IMG/VR virus record: IMGVR_UViG_3300050120_000361
Location: 144,539 to 208,538 of that record
Strand: one strand, 5' to 3'
DNA: 64,000 nucleotides
Shown: piece after piece, positions 29,404-38,831 of the stretch
How the letters are laid out: every line of letters starts with the position of its first letter
Position numbering within the stretch: position 1 is the stretch's first letter
Notes under the pieces: generated by a model
What the model was told of the DNA's origin: nothing
Seen by the model: only the letters and a program-made list of their open reading frames with translations
The model's database searches: none
Program-made: the position numbers and the translations under genes

Positions 29404-30936
29404 ATGCTGATAGACTACACCCAAAAGAAGGATAGCATTGAAATCTCCTACGTCAATGAGGCTAAGAACATTGTGGTGGAGAACCTCCCGCTCAAGAAGG
29501 GCTATTACAGGTACGTGGCCTGTGAGGATTGGGACAGGGACAGGATTGAGGGGCTTCGCTCATTCAAGGCTAACAGCGCCATAAAGAGGGAGCCGGCCAA
29601 GTACTTCCAGAACCACAACATAAACGAGTTCTTCACAAGGGACCTGCGCGACGACTACCCAGAGGTGTACGAGCGCACCTCGCAGCTGAACGTTCCGAAC
29701 CCGTACTCGGTCGACATAGAGACGGAGATAACCGACAAGTACGGGTACTCCACGCCGGAACGGGCCGAAAACCGCATACTGTCCATAGCCATAACCGACA
29801 TCAACCTTAACTCCATACTCTTCATACTCAAGAACCCGAACCAGCCGACATTCGGCGAAAGCGACAGGCTTGAGATAAGGGGGGTTATAATGAACGCGCT
29901 CGGCGCGAGCTTCGCCAACAAGTACGACTACGAGTTCGACATTAGGGTGTTCGACACGGAGGGGGAGATGCTCAGCGTATTCGCGGAGTGCGTCAACAAG
30001 TACTTCCACAGCATGATAGGCTGGAACATTGAGCTTTTCGATTGGGTTTGGATAATCAACAGGATGGAGAAGAACGGAATAGACCTGCGCAAGATGTCGC
30101 CAACCTTTAGGAAGATAACCAAGCGCTTCAAGCGCAAGGACGGAACAGAGGTGAAGGTAGACTTTCCGGCGCACAGGCCGGTCATAGACTATATGGACCA
30201 GTTCAAGGGAAGTCTCATCTACAACAACCTCGGCTCCTACTCGCTGGACTTCGTTTCAGAGCTGATACTCAAGCTGAAGAAGGTGATGTACGACGGCAAC
30301 CTGCGCAAGCTGTACAACGAGCAGTACAACAGGTTCTGCGGTTACGCCTTCATGGACACCATACTCGTTATGCTGAACCACAAGGCCACCAACCTATACA
30401 ACGTGGACTTCTTCGAGTCTTACTTCAACAACATACCGTACGCGAAGATAAGCCAGAACGCCATATCCGAAGCACTCGTTTACAATGAGCTGCGCCCAGA
30501 GGGGATATTCCTTCTCTCGTCCGAATTCAATACGCCAGTGAAGCGCAAGTACAAGGGCGGTTACGTGAAGACGCCTACAAAGAAGCAGATACTCGCCGGG
30601 GCGGGGCTCGACTTCAGCGGGCTCTACCCGAACAGCATGATTTCCATGTACCTGTCCCCGGACGGAAAGGTGGACTCCATAGAGATAGACGAGGACACGT
30701 GGGAGCCGCTCAACGACCGAGAGATGCAGAAGTGGCTGAAGTACAAGGAAATGGGCTACACGCTGACTCCAATGGGCAGGATATACGACGGCACCACCGA
30801 CAAGCTCTTCGTGCGCATTGAGAAGAAGCTCATAGCCCAGCGCAAGATATTCAAGGGGCACGCCGAGGACATCTACCTGAACATAACTCCCAAGCTCGAG
30901 AAGCTCATAGCCAAGAAGAAATTGGAACTCGCATAA
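29404..30936 (+). CDS. DNA polymerase family B, N-terminal subunit (3'-5' exonuclease + motif A)
   Basis: ExoI 'SVDIETE', ExoII 'GWNIELFDW', ExoIII 'YAFMDT', 'YKGGYVK', motif A 'DFSGLYPNSM'; ends after the first fingers helix. Confidence 0.92.
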   Translation: MLIDYTQKKDSIEISYVNEAKNIVVENLPLKKGYYRYVACEDWDRDRIEGLRSFKANSAIKREPAKYFQNHNINEFFTRDLRDDYPEVYERTSQLNVPNPYSVDIETEITDKYGYSTPERAENRILSIAITDINLNSILFILKNPNQPTFGESDRLEIRGVIMNALGASFANKYDYEFDIRVFDTEGEMLSVFAECVNKYFHSMIGWNIELFDWVWIINRMEKNGIDLRKMSPTFRKITKRFKRKDGTEVKVDFPAHRPVIDYMDQFKGSLIYNNLGSYSLDFVSELILKLKKVMYDGNLRKLYNEQYNRFCGYAFMDTILVMLNHKATNLYNVDFFESYFNNIPYAKISQNAISEALVYNELRPEGIFLLSSEFNTPVKRKYKGGYVKTPTKKQILAGAGLDFSGLYPNSMISMYLSPDGKVDSIEIDEDTWEPLNDREMQKWLKYKEMGYTLTPMGRIYDGTTDKLFVRIEKKLIAQRKIFKGHAEDIYLNITPKLEKLIAKKKLELA

Positions 30937-30975
30937 ACAAACAAATCATTCAAACCATAAAAGCAAAAATTCATC

Positions 30976-31839
30976 ATGTCACAGGAACAGACAACACCAG
31001 AACAAACAGCAGGAGCGCAGCCAGCGGCTCCGGAACAGACATCAAACATCCAGGAAAGCGTAGACAAGACCTTCCAGCAAATGGGCGCAGTTACCGACGA
31101 CGTGCTCGGCACGGCGGAGGCCGACATAGCGTCGCAGAACCAACAGCCTCCTGCGCCGGAACCAGCCGCAGAGAATGCCGCTGCGGAACCAACGCCTGAG
31201 CCAGCTTCGGAAACTATAACTGAGCCTGCTCCTGAGCCAGCACCGGAAACTATAACTGAGCCTGCGCCTGCACCGGAACCAGCGCCTGAAACTATAACTG
31301 AGCCTGCGCCTGAAACTATAACTGAGCCAGCGCCTGAAACTATAACTGAGCCTGCGCCTGAGCCTGAAACCCAGCCAGGTGATGACGCAAACGACTTAGG
31401 CGGAGACAATTCGGGTAATGAAGCCGGTGAAGACGTTGATGCCGACACCGACCCGGGCAGTTCAAATACGGCCGCTCCTGAAACCAACCTTCCGCCCGCC
31501 ACAACAGGAGACGAAGATGAAGACCAAACCCGAGACGAAAGCCTTATCGAGCGCGCAGAGGATTGGGTTGAGGACAAGTTCGAAAAGCTTAAGGAGGAAG
31601 GCGAGGAGTTCTACGCGAAGGTTAAGGCAATCGTGGAAGAAAACCACTTCTTCTCTAATCTGTCATGCGGCGCCTGGTTCAAGAAGGCAGAGATAACCGT
31701 TGAGGACCTTCTCGGCTTCCACAAGGAATTCTCAGCCGAGGGCGCGCAGAACGAGAACCATCAAATACTCCTTGACACAATAGCTACCAAAGCCCCTGCG
31801 CCTGACGCCGAGACTGAAGAGGACGACGCCACCAAATAA
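30976..31839 (+). CDS. acidic Pro/Glu/Ala/Thr-rich repeat protein
   Basis: PAPETITE repeats; predicted largely disordered. Confidence 0.75.
   Translation: MSQEQTTPEQTAGAQPAAPEQTSNIQESVDKTFQQMGAVTDDVLGTAEADIASQNQQPPAPEPAAENAAAEPTPEPASETITEPAPEPAPETITEPAPAPEPAPETITEPAPETITEPAPETITEPAPEPETQPGDDANDLGGDNSGNEAGEDVDADTDPGSSNTAAPETNLPPATTGDEDEDQTRDESLIERAEDWVEDKFEKLKEEGEEFYAKVKAIVEENHFFSNLSCGAWFKKAEITVEDLLGFHKEFSAEGAQNENHQILLDTIATKAPAPDAETEEDDATK
31195..31370 (+). repeat. coding tandem repeat (core GAAACTATAACTGAGCC, five copies)
   Basis: Repeated units of 24-42 bp encoding (PAPE)nTITE. Confidence 0.85.
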
Positions 31840-31863
31840 CATTCACCACCATACAATAACCTT

Positions 31864-31896
31864 ACAAGGCGCGGGCAGGTACCGCGCCTTGTTTTT
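31864..31896 (+). terminator. rho-independent terminator
   Basis: ACAAGGCGCGG-N7-CCGCGCCTTGT followed by TTTT. Confidence 0.8.
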
Positions 31897-31927
31897 CCAA
31901 AGAACAGTGTAAACGTACCGCAACCGT

Positions 31928-32905
31928 ATGGATAACAATAACATAATAATAAAGAACTTCAACCTCTCGCAATTCTCAAGGCTTCTCAACCAGTCCCTGC
32001 AGGTTACAAACCAGATAATGATGGAGTTCCGCGACGGCCTTCTCAAGTCCTGCTCGTTCTCTTCAACCAAGTCATTCGTCAAGCTTTGGACCATACCCAT
32101 GGAGACGCTGATAGTGGTGGACGAGGCCCAGAAGGAGATGTTCGACGTTGAGGCCGCCAAGCGTGAATTCGCCGAACTGAACTTCAACTTCTACATACTC
32201 AAGGGGGACCTTTTCAAGAAGTTCATAAGCGTGCACAATCAGGAGAACGTTGACATAGAGTTCACGATAGCAATAGTGGAGGGCAAGAAGCAGGCGAGCT
32301 CCCTGACAATATCGGGAAAGAGCGAGCAGGGCTCGGCGCTTAAGACTACTTTCATCCTGACCACGGAGGAGCTAATACTAAACAAGGTGTCCGACTATCA
32401 GTCGATACTCCAGCAGTGCTCCCCAGACCCCGACATGATGGAGATAATGTTCGTTGACGAGCAGATACAGGAGATAAAGGGCCTCATACGCAAGCTGCAC
32501 AAATCGGTGAGCGACAACTCCAAGTACCTAACATTCACTGTGGACCACAAGTGCATTCGCGTAAATGACAAGGTTTTCAATGTGGAGTACCCGCTAAACA
32601 AGGAAATGATTGAGAAGAACACCATTAAGGGCAAGCTGCTCAGGGAGGGTGAGACTCTTTCATTCAATATACTGAAGGGCGACTTCATCATAACAGGCGA
32701 CCACACCTTCAACTTCTTCACATCCCACGACAGCGAGAAGGTAATAATACTCGGCAAGTACGGCAAGGCGATAATCCTGTGCCTGACAACAAAGGTCAGC
32801 GAGACACGCGACAGTTTGTCCTCCGCATCCGACGACATGCTCGGCGATTTGGACCTGAACGAGTACGGCTTCGATATACTCGAGGACAACCAGAGCTACG
32901 CCTGA
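31928..32905 (+). CDS. probable DNA sliding clamp (gp45/PCNA-like)
   Basis: Two-repeat beta-alpha-beta pattern, about 300 aa, acidic tail, located between the two polymerase halves. Confidence 0.5.
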   Translation: MDNNNIIIKNFNLSQFSRLLNQSLQVTNQIMMEFRDGLLKSCSFSSTKSFVKLWTIPMETLIVVDEAQKEMFDVEAAKREFAELNFNFYILKGDLFKKFISVHNQENVDIEFTIAIVEGKKQASSLTISGKSEQGSALKTTFILTTEELILNKVSDYQSILQQCSPDPDMMEIMFVDEQIQEIKGLIRKLHKSVSDNSKYLTFTVDHKCIRVNDKVFNVEYPLNKEMIEKNTIKGKLLREGETLSFNILKGDFIITGDHTFNFFTSHDSEKVIILGKYGKAIILCLTTKVSETRDSLSSASDDMLGDLDLNEYGFDILEDNQSYA

Positions 32906-32947
32906 TAGGGCTGGCGGATAACACTGATAACAACACAATAATGGAAA

Positions 32948-34219
32948 ATGTCGCAAAACCAATTCTCACAAAGATACCTTGAACTCAAAAAACTCACAGA
33001 TGATGATGAATACCTCGACAGGCTGAGCGTTGACGAGCTTACCAAACTGTTGGCCGAAACGGAGGCCACCAGACAAGAGTACAAGAACTTGGAGCTTATA
33101 GTGAAGCGTGACGCGAACTCGCTCTACGGCACTGCGGCTTCCATATACTTCTCCTTGGGTGACTTCGACCTGGCAGAGGACATCACAACGGTTGGGAGCT
33201 GGCACTACACCCGCCTTGTGGACAGGGCCATAAACAACTTCTTCAAGGCCTGGGGCGAAGAGGAGCTCGCGAAGGTTCAGGAATTCTACCCGCAGGTAAG
33301 CGAGCTTAAGAGGTTCACCCAATACGTGCCTGACAGCGTGAACGACATATGCGTCTACGGCGACACGGACTCGAGGTACATGGACATAGGCATGGTTTAC
33401 CAGCTTATGGGTATTGAGCTCCCCAGGTACGATGCCGAAGGCGACAGGGAACTTTCGGATTTTGTGCTGTTCCTGATGGATAATTTCATAAACGCCCTGA
33501 TAAAGAAAACCATAGGCGACGACATAGATAAGCGGAACGGAAATCCGGGCTATTTGAAGATGACGCACGAACGTACCACGAGAAAGGGCGTTTTCCAGGC
33601 CAAAAAGAAATACGTGCTCGCTGACATATACAAGGACGGTAAGTTCCTTGACAAGCCGACCCTTAAGGAGGTTGGCGTCGAGCTGCGTAAGGGCGAGCTC
33701 AATGGAAGAATAAAGAAAATCATACGCACATTAATTGAGAAGTTCATGCTCAAGGGCTATGATGTGGTCATGCTCCGCAACGAAACGGTGAAGATAATCG
33801 ACTACATCAAGATGCGCAAGGAGAAGGACTGCATCTACAGGATAACGGCTGTCAGCGGCCTGCAGGGCGTAGTCAAAAACGAGAAGAACGTTTGGGTGTG
33901 CCCGAACAAGAGCCATTTCCAGATTAAGGTGGCCCTCTCCTGGTACAACTTCGTAGAGAAGAACAACCTGTGGGACGAGTACAAGCCGCCTTTCGAGGGC
34001 CAGAAGATGAACTTCTACTACGGCAGGGACGCGCAGGTGATAGCTGTTCCGGACGATATAGACATAACTAAGGTTCCTTTCCTGCCCGAACCGGACTGGA
34101 ACCTAATGCTAAACGCGATTTTAATCAAACCGCTCCTAAGATACATATACGAGGACAAAAAAGTGTCCGTGGAGGACATAGAGAATTTCCTACTCAACAT
34201 AAAGCAATTGAAATTTTAA
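32948..34219 (+). CDS. DNA polymerase family B, C-terminal subunit (motifs B, C, thumb)
   Basis: Motif B 'KRDANSLYG', motif C 'YGDTDS', 'KKKY', 'VGVELRKGE'. Confidence 0.92.
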   Translation: MSQNQFSQRYLELKKLTDDDEYLDRLSVDELTKLLAETEATRQEYKNLELIVKRDANSLYGTAASIYFSLGDFDLAEDITTVGSWHYTRLVDRAINNFFKAWGEEELAKVQEFYPQVSELKRFTQYVPDSVNDICVYGDTDSRYMDIGMVYQLMGIELPRYDAEGDRELSDFVLFLMDNFINALIKKTIGDDIDKRNGNPGYLKMTHERTTRKGVFQAKKKYVLADIYKDGKFLDKPTLKEVGVELRKGELNGRIKKIIRTLIEKFMLKGYDVVMLRNETVKIIDYIKMRKEKDCIYRITAVSGLQGVVKNEKNVWVCPNKSHFQIKVALSWYNFVEKNNLWDEYKPPFEGQKMNFYYGRDAQVIAVPDDIDITKVPFLPEPDWNLMLNAILIKPLLRYIYEDKKVSVEDIENFLLNIKQLKF

Positions 34220-34231
34220 GAAACAACATAA

Positions 34232-36052
34232 ATGAAACAGAACCTTAATACCGCTTTTTTGGGCCCAAACAGCTATCCTGCAGTGGTAGGCTCAATTTAC
34301 GACGCTCTTAACGAGGCCGTATGCGACACCACAGCAGGAAACGAATTGGTCAGAGAGGCCATTCAGAAAATGAATGAGTCCACTACCCCGGTATTGGACC
34401 TTAAGGATTTCACAACAAACGCCGAAAAGGTAGCACCGAACGACACCAAGCTAATGGACGTAATCGACTTCGCCCGCAAGCAGGTGAAGGGGGGAGACCT
34501 GAACTGCCTGATAAACATAGCCAAGGAGGAGCACATCCAGGAGCAGAGCCGCACCGGCATGCCAACCCCGGAGGCTACAATAAAGAACTGGGAAGAGATA
34601 ATGAACAAGCCATCGAGCGTAATCGAGGAGGGCATAAAGAACGGCCTGTTCAAGGGCCTTGACTCCAAGCTTTACATGGAGCTTGAGAACATAATCTCCG
34701 AAGACGGAAAGAACAAGTCGAAGAACAAGGTGGTAGCCCCGCAGGACCACCACGAAGGCAACGTGCTGAACGAGTCCGCCACGCTGCTGTCACCTACCGG
34801 CAATATAGCAATATACGCCCCAATTGGCGTTAGGATGGAGGACCCCAAAAACAACAGAATACTGATGCTTACTGAGAACGCCGTGCTCACGTACGACCGC
34901 GAGAATGAGACGTTCTTCTCCCTGAACGAGAGTGAGTACAAGGACCTTAACATCCCTGACCGCCACCGCAGGCTGATGACCGCCCTGCAGACTCTTCCGT
35001 TCGACGCCGAGAAGCAGGTGTTCTCGCTTAACGAGTCATGGGATTTCGGCCTGTCCCTCAACGACAACGGAGGAGTGGTACTTTCAAGGAACGGCAAGTC
35101 AACTGAGATGAAAAGCGAGGATGTTCCAAACTTCCTAATGGAGTCCATAGACATATACGCCGGAGAGAACAGCAACAAGAAATTCGACAGGGTGCGCTTC
35201 GCCGCGGATGCGGACAATTTCGTAATGCTAATGGAAAACCACGACAGGCTGCAGCGCCTTGACAAGCTCCGCACCATACGCAACCTCGAGGACGGCAAGT
35301 ACATCATGGTTGACACCCGCACCGAAATGGTCCCAGTGTTCATAACCTCCTCAGAGGGTCCGAAACTGTTCGAGTCGTACGAGGAGCTTACGCGCGAGGG
35401 CATGTCTGTGCTTAACGAGTCCGTTGAGGCGATATTCACGCCGCACCTTCAGCGAGAGCACGCGTTCTACAAGAACCAAAAGGAAATCATACGCACCCTG
35501 AACGAGTCGCAGCACGAGATAAACCACCTGATAAAGAAGACCACCAAGCTCCGCGACATGGCCGATGAGGACAGTCCGGCTATGGACCTCCTGAACGAGC
35601 AGGACGCCAAGCTGCGCGGCGGACTTGAAAAGAATATGAAGGCCCTTGACCGCGTGGTGAACATGGCCACCCCATACGGGATGTCGCTTAACGAGGCCGT
35701 GCAGTCAATAACCGTTACCGACTTTTCAGAGTACATTTCCACCACTCCGCTCACTCCCATAAAGGACGTGCTGACTGGGACAAAAATAGCGGAATTCGTT
35801 GCACGTCTGGGCAACACCGGAATGGTGCACGCGCTCGTGTCCGACGACATGAGCAACTACCTGCTGTGCTACCAGGACGCGAACACCGCGAATTGGGTAA
35901 TAGACCTTTGGACGCCAATAGACGGCTATTCAGAGGAGTTCCAACAGAACAACTTCGCCGGCAGGGAAGAGGCATTGGGCTACGTTGAGAACATAAGCGA
36001 AGGAGTCGCAGCGGCGCTCAAGTCCGAACAGGCCCTCGCCAAAGCGGCTTAG
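34232..36052 (+). CDS. probable prohead core/internal protein with many LNES-type motifs
   Basis: About 11 (L/M)-x-E-(S/A/Q) motifs dispersed over 606 aa. Confidence 0.6.
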   Translation: MKQNLNTAFLGPNSYPAVVGSIYDALNEAVCDTTAGNELVREAIQKMNESTTPVLDLKDFTTNAEKVAPNDTKLMDVIDFARKQVKGGDLNCLINIAKEEHIQEQSRTGMPTPEATIKNWEEIMNKPSSVIEEGIKNGLFKGLDSKLYMELENIISEDGKNKSKNKVVAPQDHHEGNVLNESATLLSPTGNIAIYAPIGVRMEDPKNNRILMLTENAVLTYDRENETFFSLNESEYKDLNIPDRHRRLMTALQTLPFDAEKQVFSLNESWDFGLSLNDNGGVVLSRNGKSTEMKSEDVPNFLMESIDIYAGENSNKKFDRVRFAADADNFVMLMENHDRLQRLDKLRTIRNLEDGKYIMVDTRTEMVPVFITSSEGPKLFESYEELTREGMSVLNESVEAIFTPHLQREHAFYKNQKEIIRTLNESQHEINHLIKKTTKLRDMADEDSPAMDLLNEQDAKLRGGLEKNMKALDRVVNMATPYGMSLNEAVQSITVTDFSEYISTTPLTPIKDVLTGTKIAEFVARLGNTGMVHALVSDDMSNYLLCYQDANTANWVIDLWTPIDGYSEEFQQNNFAGREEALGYVENISEGVAAALKSEQALAKAA

Positions 36053-36100
36053 GATTTTACACAAGAGGCCTTAGGGTCCGATAACAGATGATGACCAGAG

Positions 36101-36466
36101 ATGCCCCCTAAACCCGCAAAATCCAAGTCAAAATACTACATACCACCAGAGGAATTCCATGCAGAGTACAGGCTCTCCCAGGAAAAGGGAGAGCCCACGC
36201 GGAAACTGCTTCTGATGTTCGAAAAGATCGCCAAGCGGTACTCTACCAAGTTCAAGTGCGTAAACAAGCTAGACACGGACAGCTGCGTAAACTACGCGCT
36301 TACGGAGGCCTGGCTGAAGTGGGACAAGTACGACGAGACGCGCTCGAAGAACATATTCTCATTCTTCACGGAAGTTATAAGCAACGACCTCGCGTACCAC
36401 CACAACAAGATTACCAAGTACAAGGACCATATAAGCATTGACGTGCTTTTCGCAAACCACCAGTAA
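36101..36466 (+). CDS. late-transcription sigma factor, T4 gp55-like
   Basis: 'YYIPPEEF...MFEKIAKRYSTKF...WDKYDETRSKNIFSFFTEVISN' parallels gp55 'HYVNNKEL...IAEGLS.RF...NFDETKYKNPHAYITQ'. Confidence 0.75.
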   Translation: MPPKPAKSKSKYYIPPEEFHAEYRLSQEKGEPTRKLLLMFEKIAKRYSTKFKCVNKLDTDSCVNYALTEAWLKWDKYDETRSKNIFSFFTEVISNDLAYHHNKITKYKDHISIDVLFANHQ

Positions 36467-36478
36467 TACTGACACGCA

Positions 36479-37129
36479 ATGATGCTCAACCCGGCCACCG
36501 ACAAGTTTTTGTTGGAATTCTCGTCCGACTTCTTCCCGACCTCGCTAACGCAGAAGTACGACAACTACATGTTCCACATGAACGGTCCTGTCAAGTACCT
36601 GCAGGCGCACATCATGGAGACCATCCAGAGCGTGAACATACCCGGATGGAACGTGCAGACCACGGAGACTAAGGGGCTGAACAACCTACGCAACGTCCCT
36701 GGGGCCGGCATGGGGAACAGGCCTGGGCAGTTCCCATCCAATACGGTTAATAGAACCTTTGCGGGTTCGGCTCCGATAAACGAGATCGTGGACGGCAACA
36801 TTGTGAACATCACCTTCAGGAACTCCATACTCAATTGGATGTACCTGTGGGAATGCCTCAGGGGCTACTACGACAGGACGCGTTCGCTTAACGAGTTCAG
36901 GATAACAATGACTATAATGGACGCTGCCGAGATACCGCTGCTTCAGTTCATTTTCTCCGACTGCTTCGTGGCTGTGATGCCCGGTCTCGAGTTCTCCTTC
37001 GCGCAGTCCTTCCGCGAGGCCAAGACCATAGACGCCGGCTTCATCTTCAACAAGATTGACGTGAACTTCATGATACCCGGCTTCAAGCTGTCAAACGCCC
37101 AGTACCCAATCAACCAGCCGCAGCAATGA
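36479..37129 (+). CDS. tail-tube-fold protein (gp3/gp54-like tail completion/initiator)
   Basis: 'IQSVNIPG', 'ITFRNS..NW..LWE', 'FIFSDCF..MPGLEF' tube-fold pattern. Confidence 0.6.
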   Translation: MMLNPATDKFLLEFSSDFFPTSLTQKYDNYMFHMNGPVKYLQAHIMETIQSVNIPGWNVQTTETKGLNNLRNVPGAGMGNRPGQFPSNTVNRTFAGSAPINEIVDGNIVNITFRNSILNWMYLWECLRGYYDRTRSLNEFRITMTIMDAAEIPLLQFIFSDCFVAVMPGLEFSFAQSFREAKTIDAGFIFNKIDVNFMIPGFKLSNAQYPINQPQQ

Positions 37130-37572
37130 CCAATCAGACGTACATGGACATTGAGAACATGTTCATCGATAACATTGAGGACGTTCCAATCATAGACATT
37201 GTCAGGTACTCTCCGGACATGCCAATGGACGCGCTGATGTACAGGTACTACGGGGGCAACCCGATAGACGCGAACGGAGTTGACCAGACAATGCAGTACC
37301 TGCCGCTAGTCCTAACCTTCAACAACAGGCCGGACATTTCAAGGATAAACTACGGGGACCTGATAAAGTTCCCGGACATTGCGGCTCTCATAGTCTCGAT
37401 ACTTACGCTGGACCTTGAGACCTCGCTTCCCGGCGTGGTGACCACGCAGCAGAACGCCGCGGTCACCCAAAACAGGACAAGCTCTGGAAACTCCACCACG
37501 GCCATGCCTAAGATAGGCGTCACGCTTCCGCAGGTTAACTACGACCAGACCACAGGCATAATAACATTCTAA
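37126..37572 (+). CDS. baseplate wedge protein, gp53/LysM-like
   Basis: 'MDALMYRYYG...VLTFNN.PDISRINYGDLIKFPD' LysM-like pattern. Confidence 0.65.
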   Translation: MTNQTYMDIENMFIDNIEDVPIIDIVRYSPDMPMDALMYRYYGGNPIDANGVDQTMQYLPLVLTFNNRPDISRINYGDLIKFPDIAALIVSILTLDLETSLPGVVTTQQNAAVTQNRTSSGNSTTAMPKIGVTLPQVNYDQTTGIITF

Positions 37573-37578
37573 CCGGAA

Positions 37579-38772
37579 ATGGCGATAATAGTAAAACCGA
37601 CCATAGCCGTTGGAAACATACAGATACAAGCGGACCCAAACGCCGCCGAGTCTGTGCAGAACATTCTCGACAATTGGGGCGCAAGCATGCCTGTTGTCAA
37701 GATAAATGATTATCCGCTCGCCGCCGGCGAGCTTTTATCGTTTAGGCTGGACGTCAAGTTCGGCACCATACCGTCCTTCGGCATGGAGGTGTACGACTCG
37801 AACTACACGGTGCGGAAGGCGCTCAATGACACCATAATAGATACGGGCGTTGTGTTCATTGGGTACAGGAACTGGTACATCAAATTCAACGCTCTTTTCA
37901 CGGTTTCGGTTTCTGACGCCGGGGACACCAACATAAACATTGACGGCATCGTGTGGGCGCCCGCGCTTCACGACAATTTCCAGGCGGGCTACACCAACAG
38001 GACCGTTCAGGACATACTCGCCGACATTTGCGGCAGAACCGGAACTGGCCTGTTTACGGTCAACGGCCCAAAGCTGTCGCAATCGCTGGATAACTGCCTT
38101 AATGCGAGCTGGAAGGGACTGAATTTCCTGAACTTCGTAGTCAACAAGTACACCAATTGCCTTTGGGCAATGGACCCAATGTACACGTTCCACGTGGTGG
38201 ATTGGGAGCAGCTCCAGAGCCAGCCTCTTGACCAGTACACTCTCGGCGAAAAGGGCGCTATTGTTCCGGCAACGGACATGGTGCTCACCACGCACCTCTG
38301 GCCGGACGACACGGACTCTGGAAAGCTGATGGTAAAGTGGTTCACGATAAACACCAATTTCGGCAAGGCTAACATAGACACGCCGCTTTCCATGGCCACG
38401 TACTTTGAGGGAGGGCAGAACGGAACGGACGAGGTAGACGAGGACACCACGGACCAGTTCGGCACATCGGCGGCGAAGGCCAACTCGTTCTACGGCTTCA
38501 AGGCGCAGCACCACCCGTTCCACAATGAAATGGCCGCCAAGCTGATAGCTGGTAAGAGCATAACCTGCGAGATGGAGAACATAATATACGAGATAACGCC
38601 GTTCTCTCAGGTGAATTTTGAGGCTTGGCTGCCGCAAAGGAACGACACACCTACGGTGATGGACACCGAGAACTCGGGGCGCAAGACCGTTATAGGCTAC
38701 GCGTTCCACTTCAACAGGAAAACCGACACTACGCTGTATCCGATAGTGCGCCAGACAATTGATTTGGTCTGA
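37579..38772 (+). CDS. baseplate hub protein (gp27/GpD-like)
   Basis: 'TVQDILADICGRTG.G' hub-family motif; position after the gp53-like gene. Confidence 0.55.
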   Translation: MAIIVKPTIAVGNIQIQADPNAAESVQNILDNWGASMPVVKINDYPLAAGELLSFRLDVKFGTIPSFGMEVYDSNYTVRKALNDTIIDTGVVFIGYRNWYIKFNALFTVSVSDAGDTNINIDGIVWAPALHDNFQAGYTNRTVQDILADICGRTGTGLFTVNGPKLSQSLDNCLNASWKGLNFLNFVVNKYTNCLWAMDPMYTFHVVDWEQLQSQPLDQYTLGEKGAIVPATDMVLTTHLWPDDTDSGKLMVKWFTINTNFGKANIDTPLSMATYFEGGQNGTDEVDEDTTDQFGTSAAKANSFYGFKAQHHPFHNEMAAKLIAGKSITCEMENIIYEITPFSQVNFEAWLPQRNDTPTVMDTENSGRKTVIGYAFHFNRKTDTTLYPIVRQTIDLV

Positions 38773-38831
38773 CGGGACAGGAAAACAACAATATACCGTA
38801 AGCGGTAAATATACTTAATAAGAATTTCAAC

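Noticed and set aside
31195-31370. Direct repeats resembling a CRISPR array
   Set aside because: Repeats are in-frame coding units with short, non-unique spacers; no cas genes
30937-32947. Intron or intein interrupting the polymerase
   Set aside because: The gap holds two ordinary ORFs and a terminator; no group I/II or intein motifs seen, and the second half has its own start
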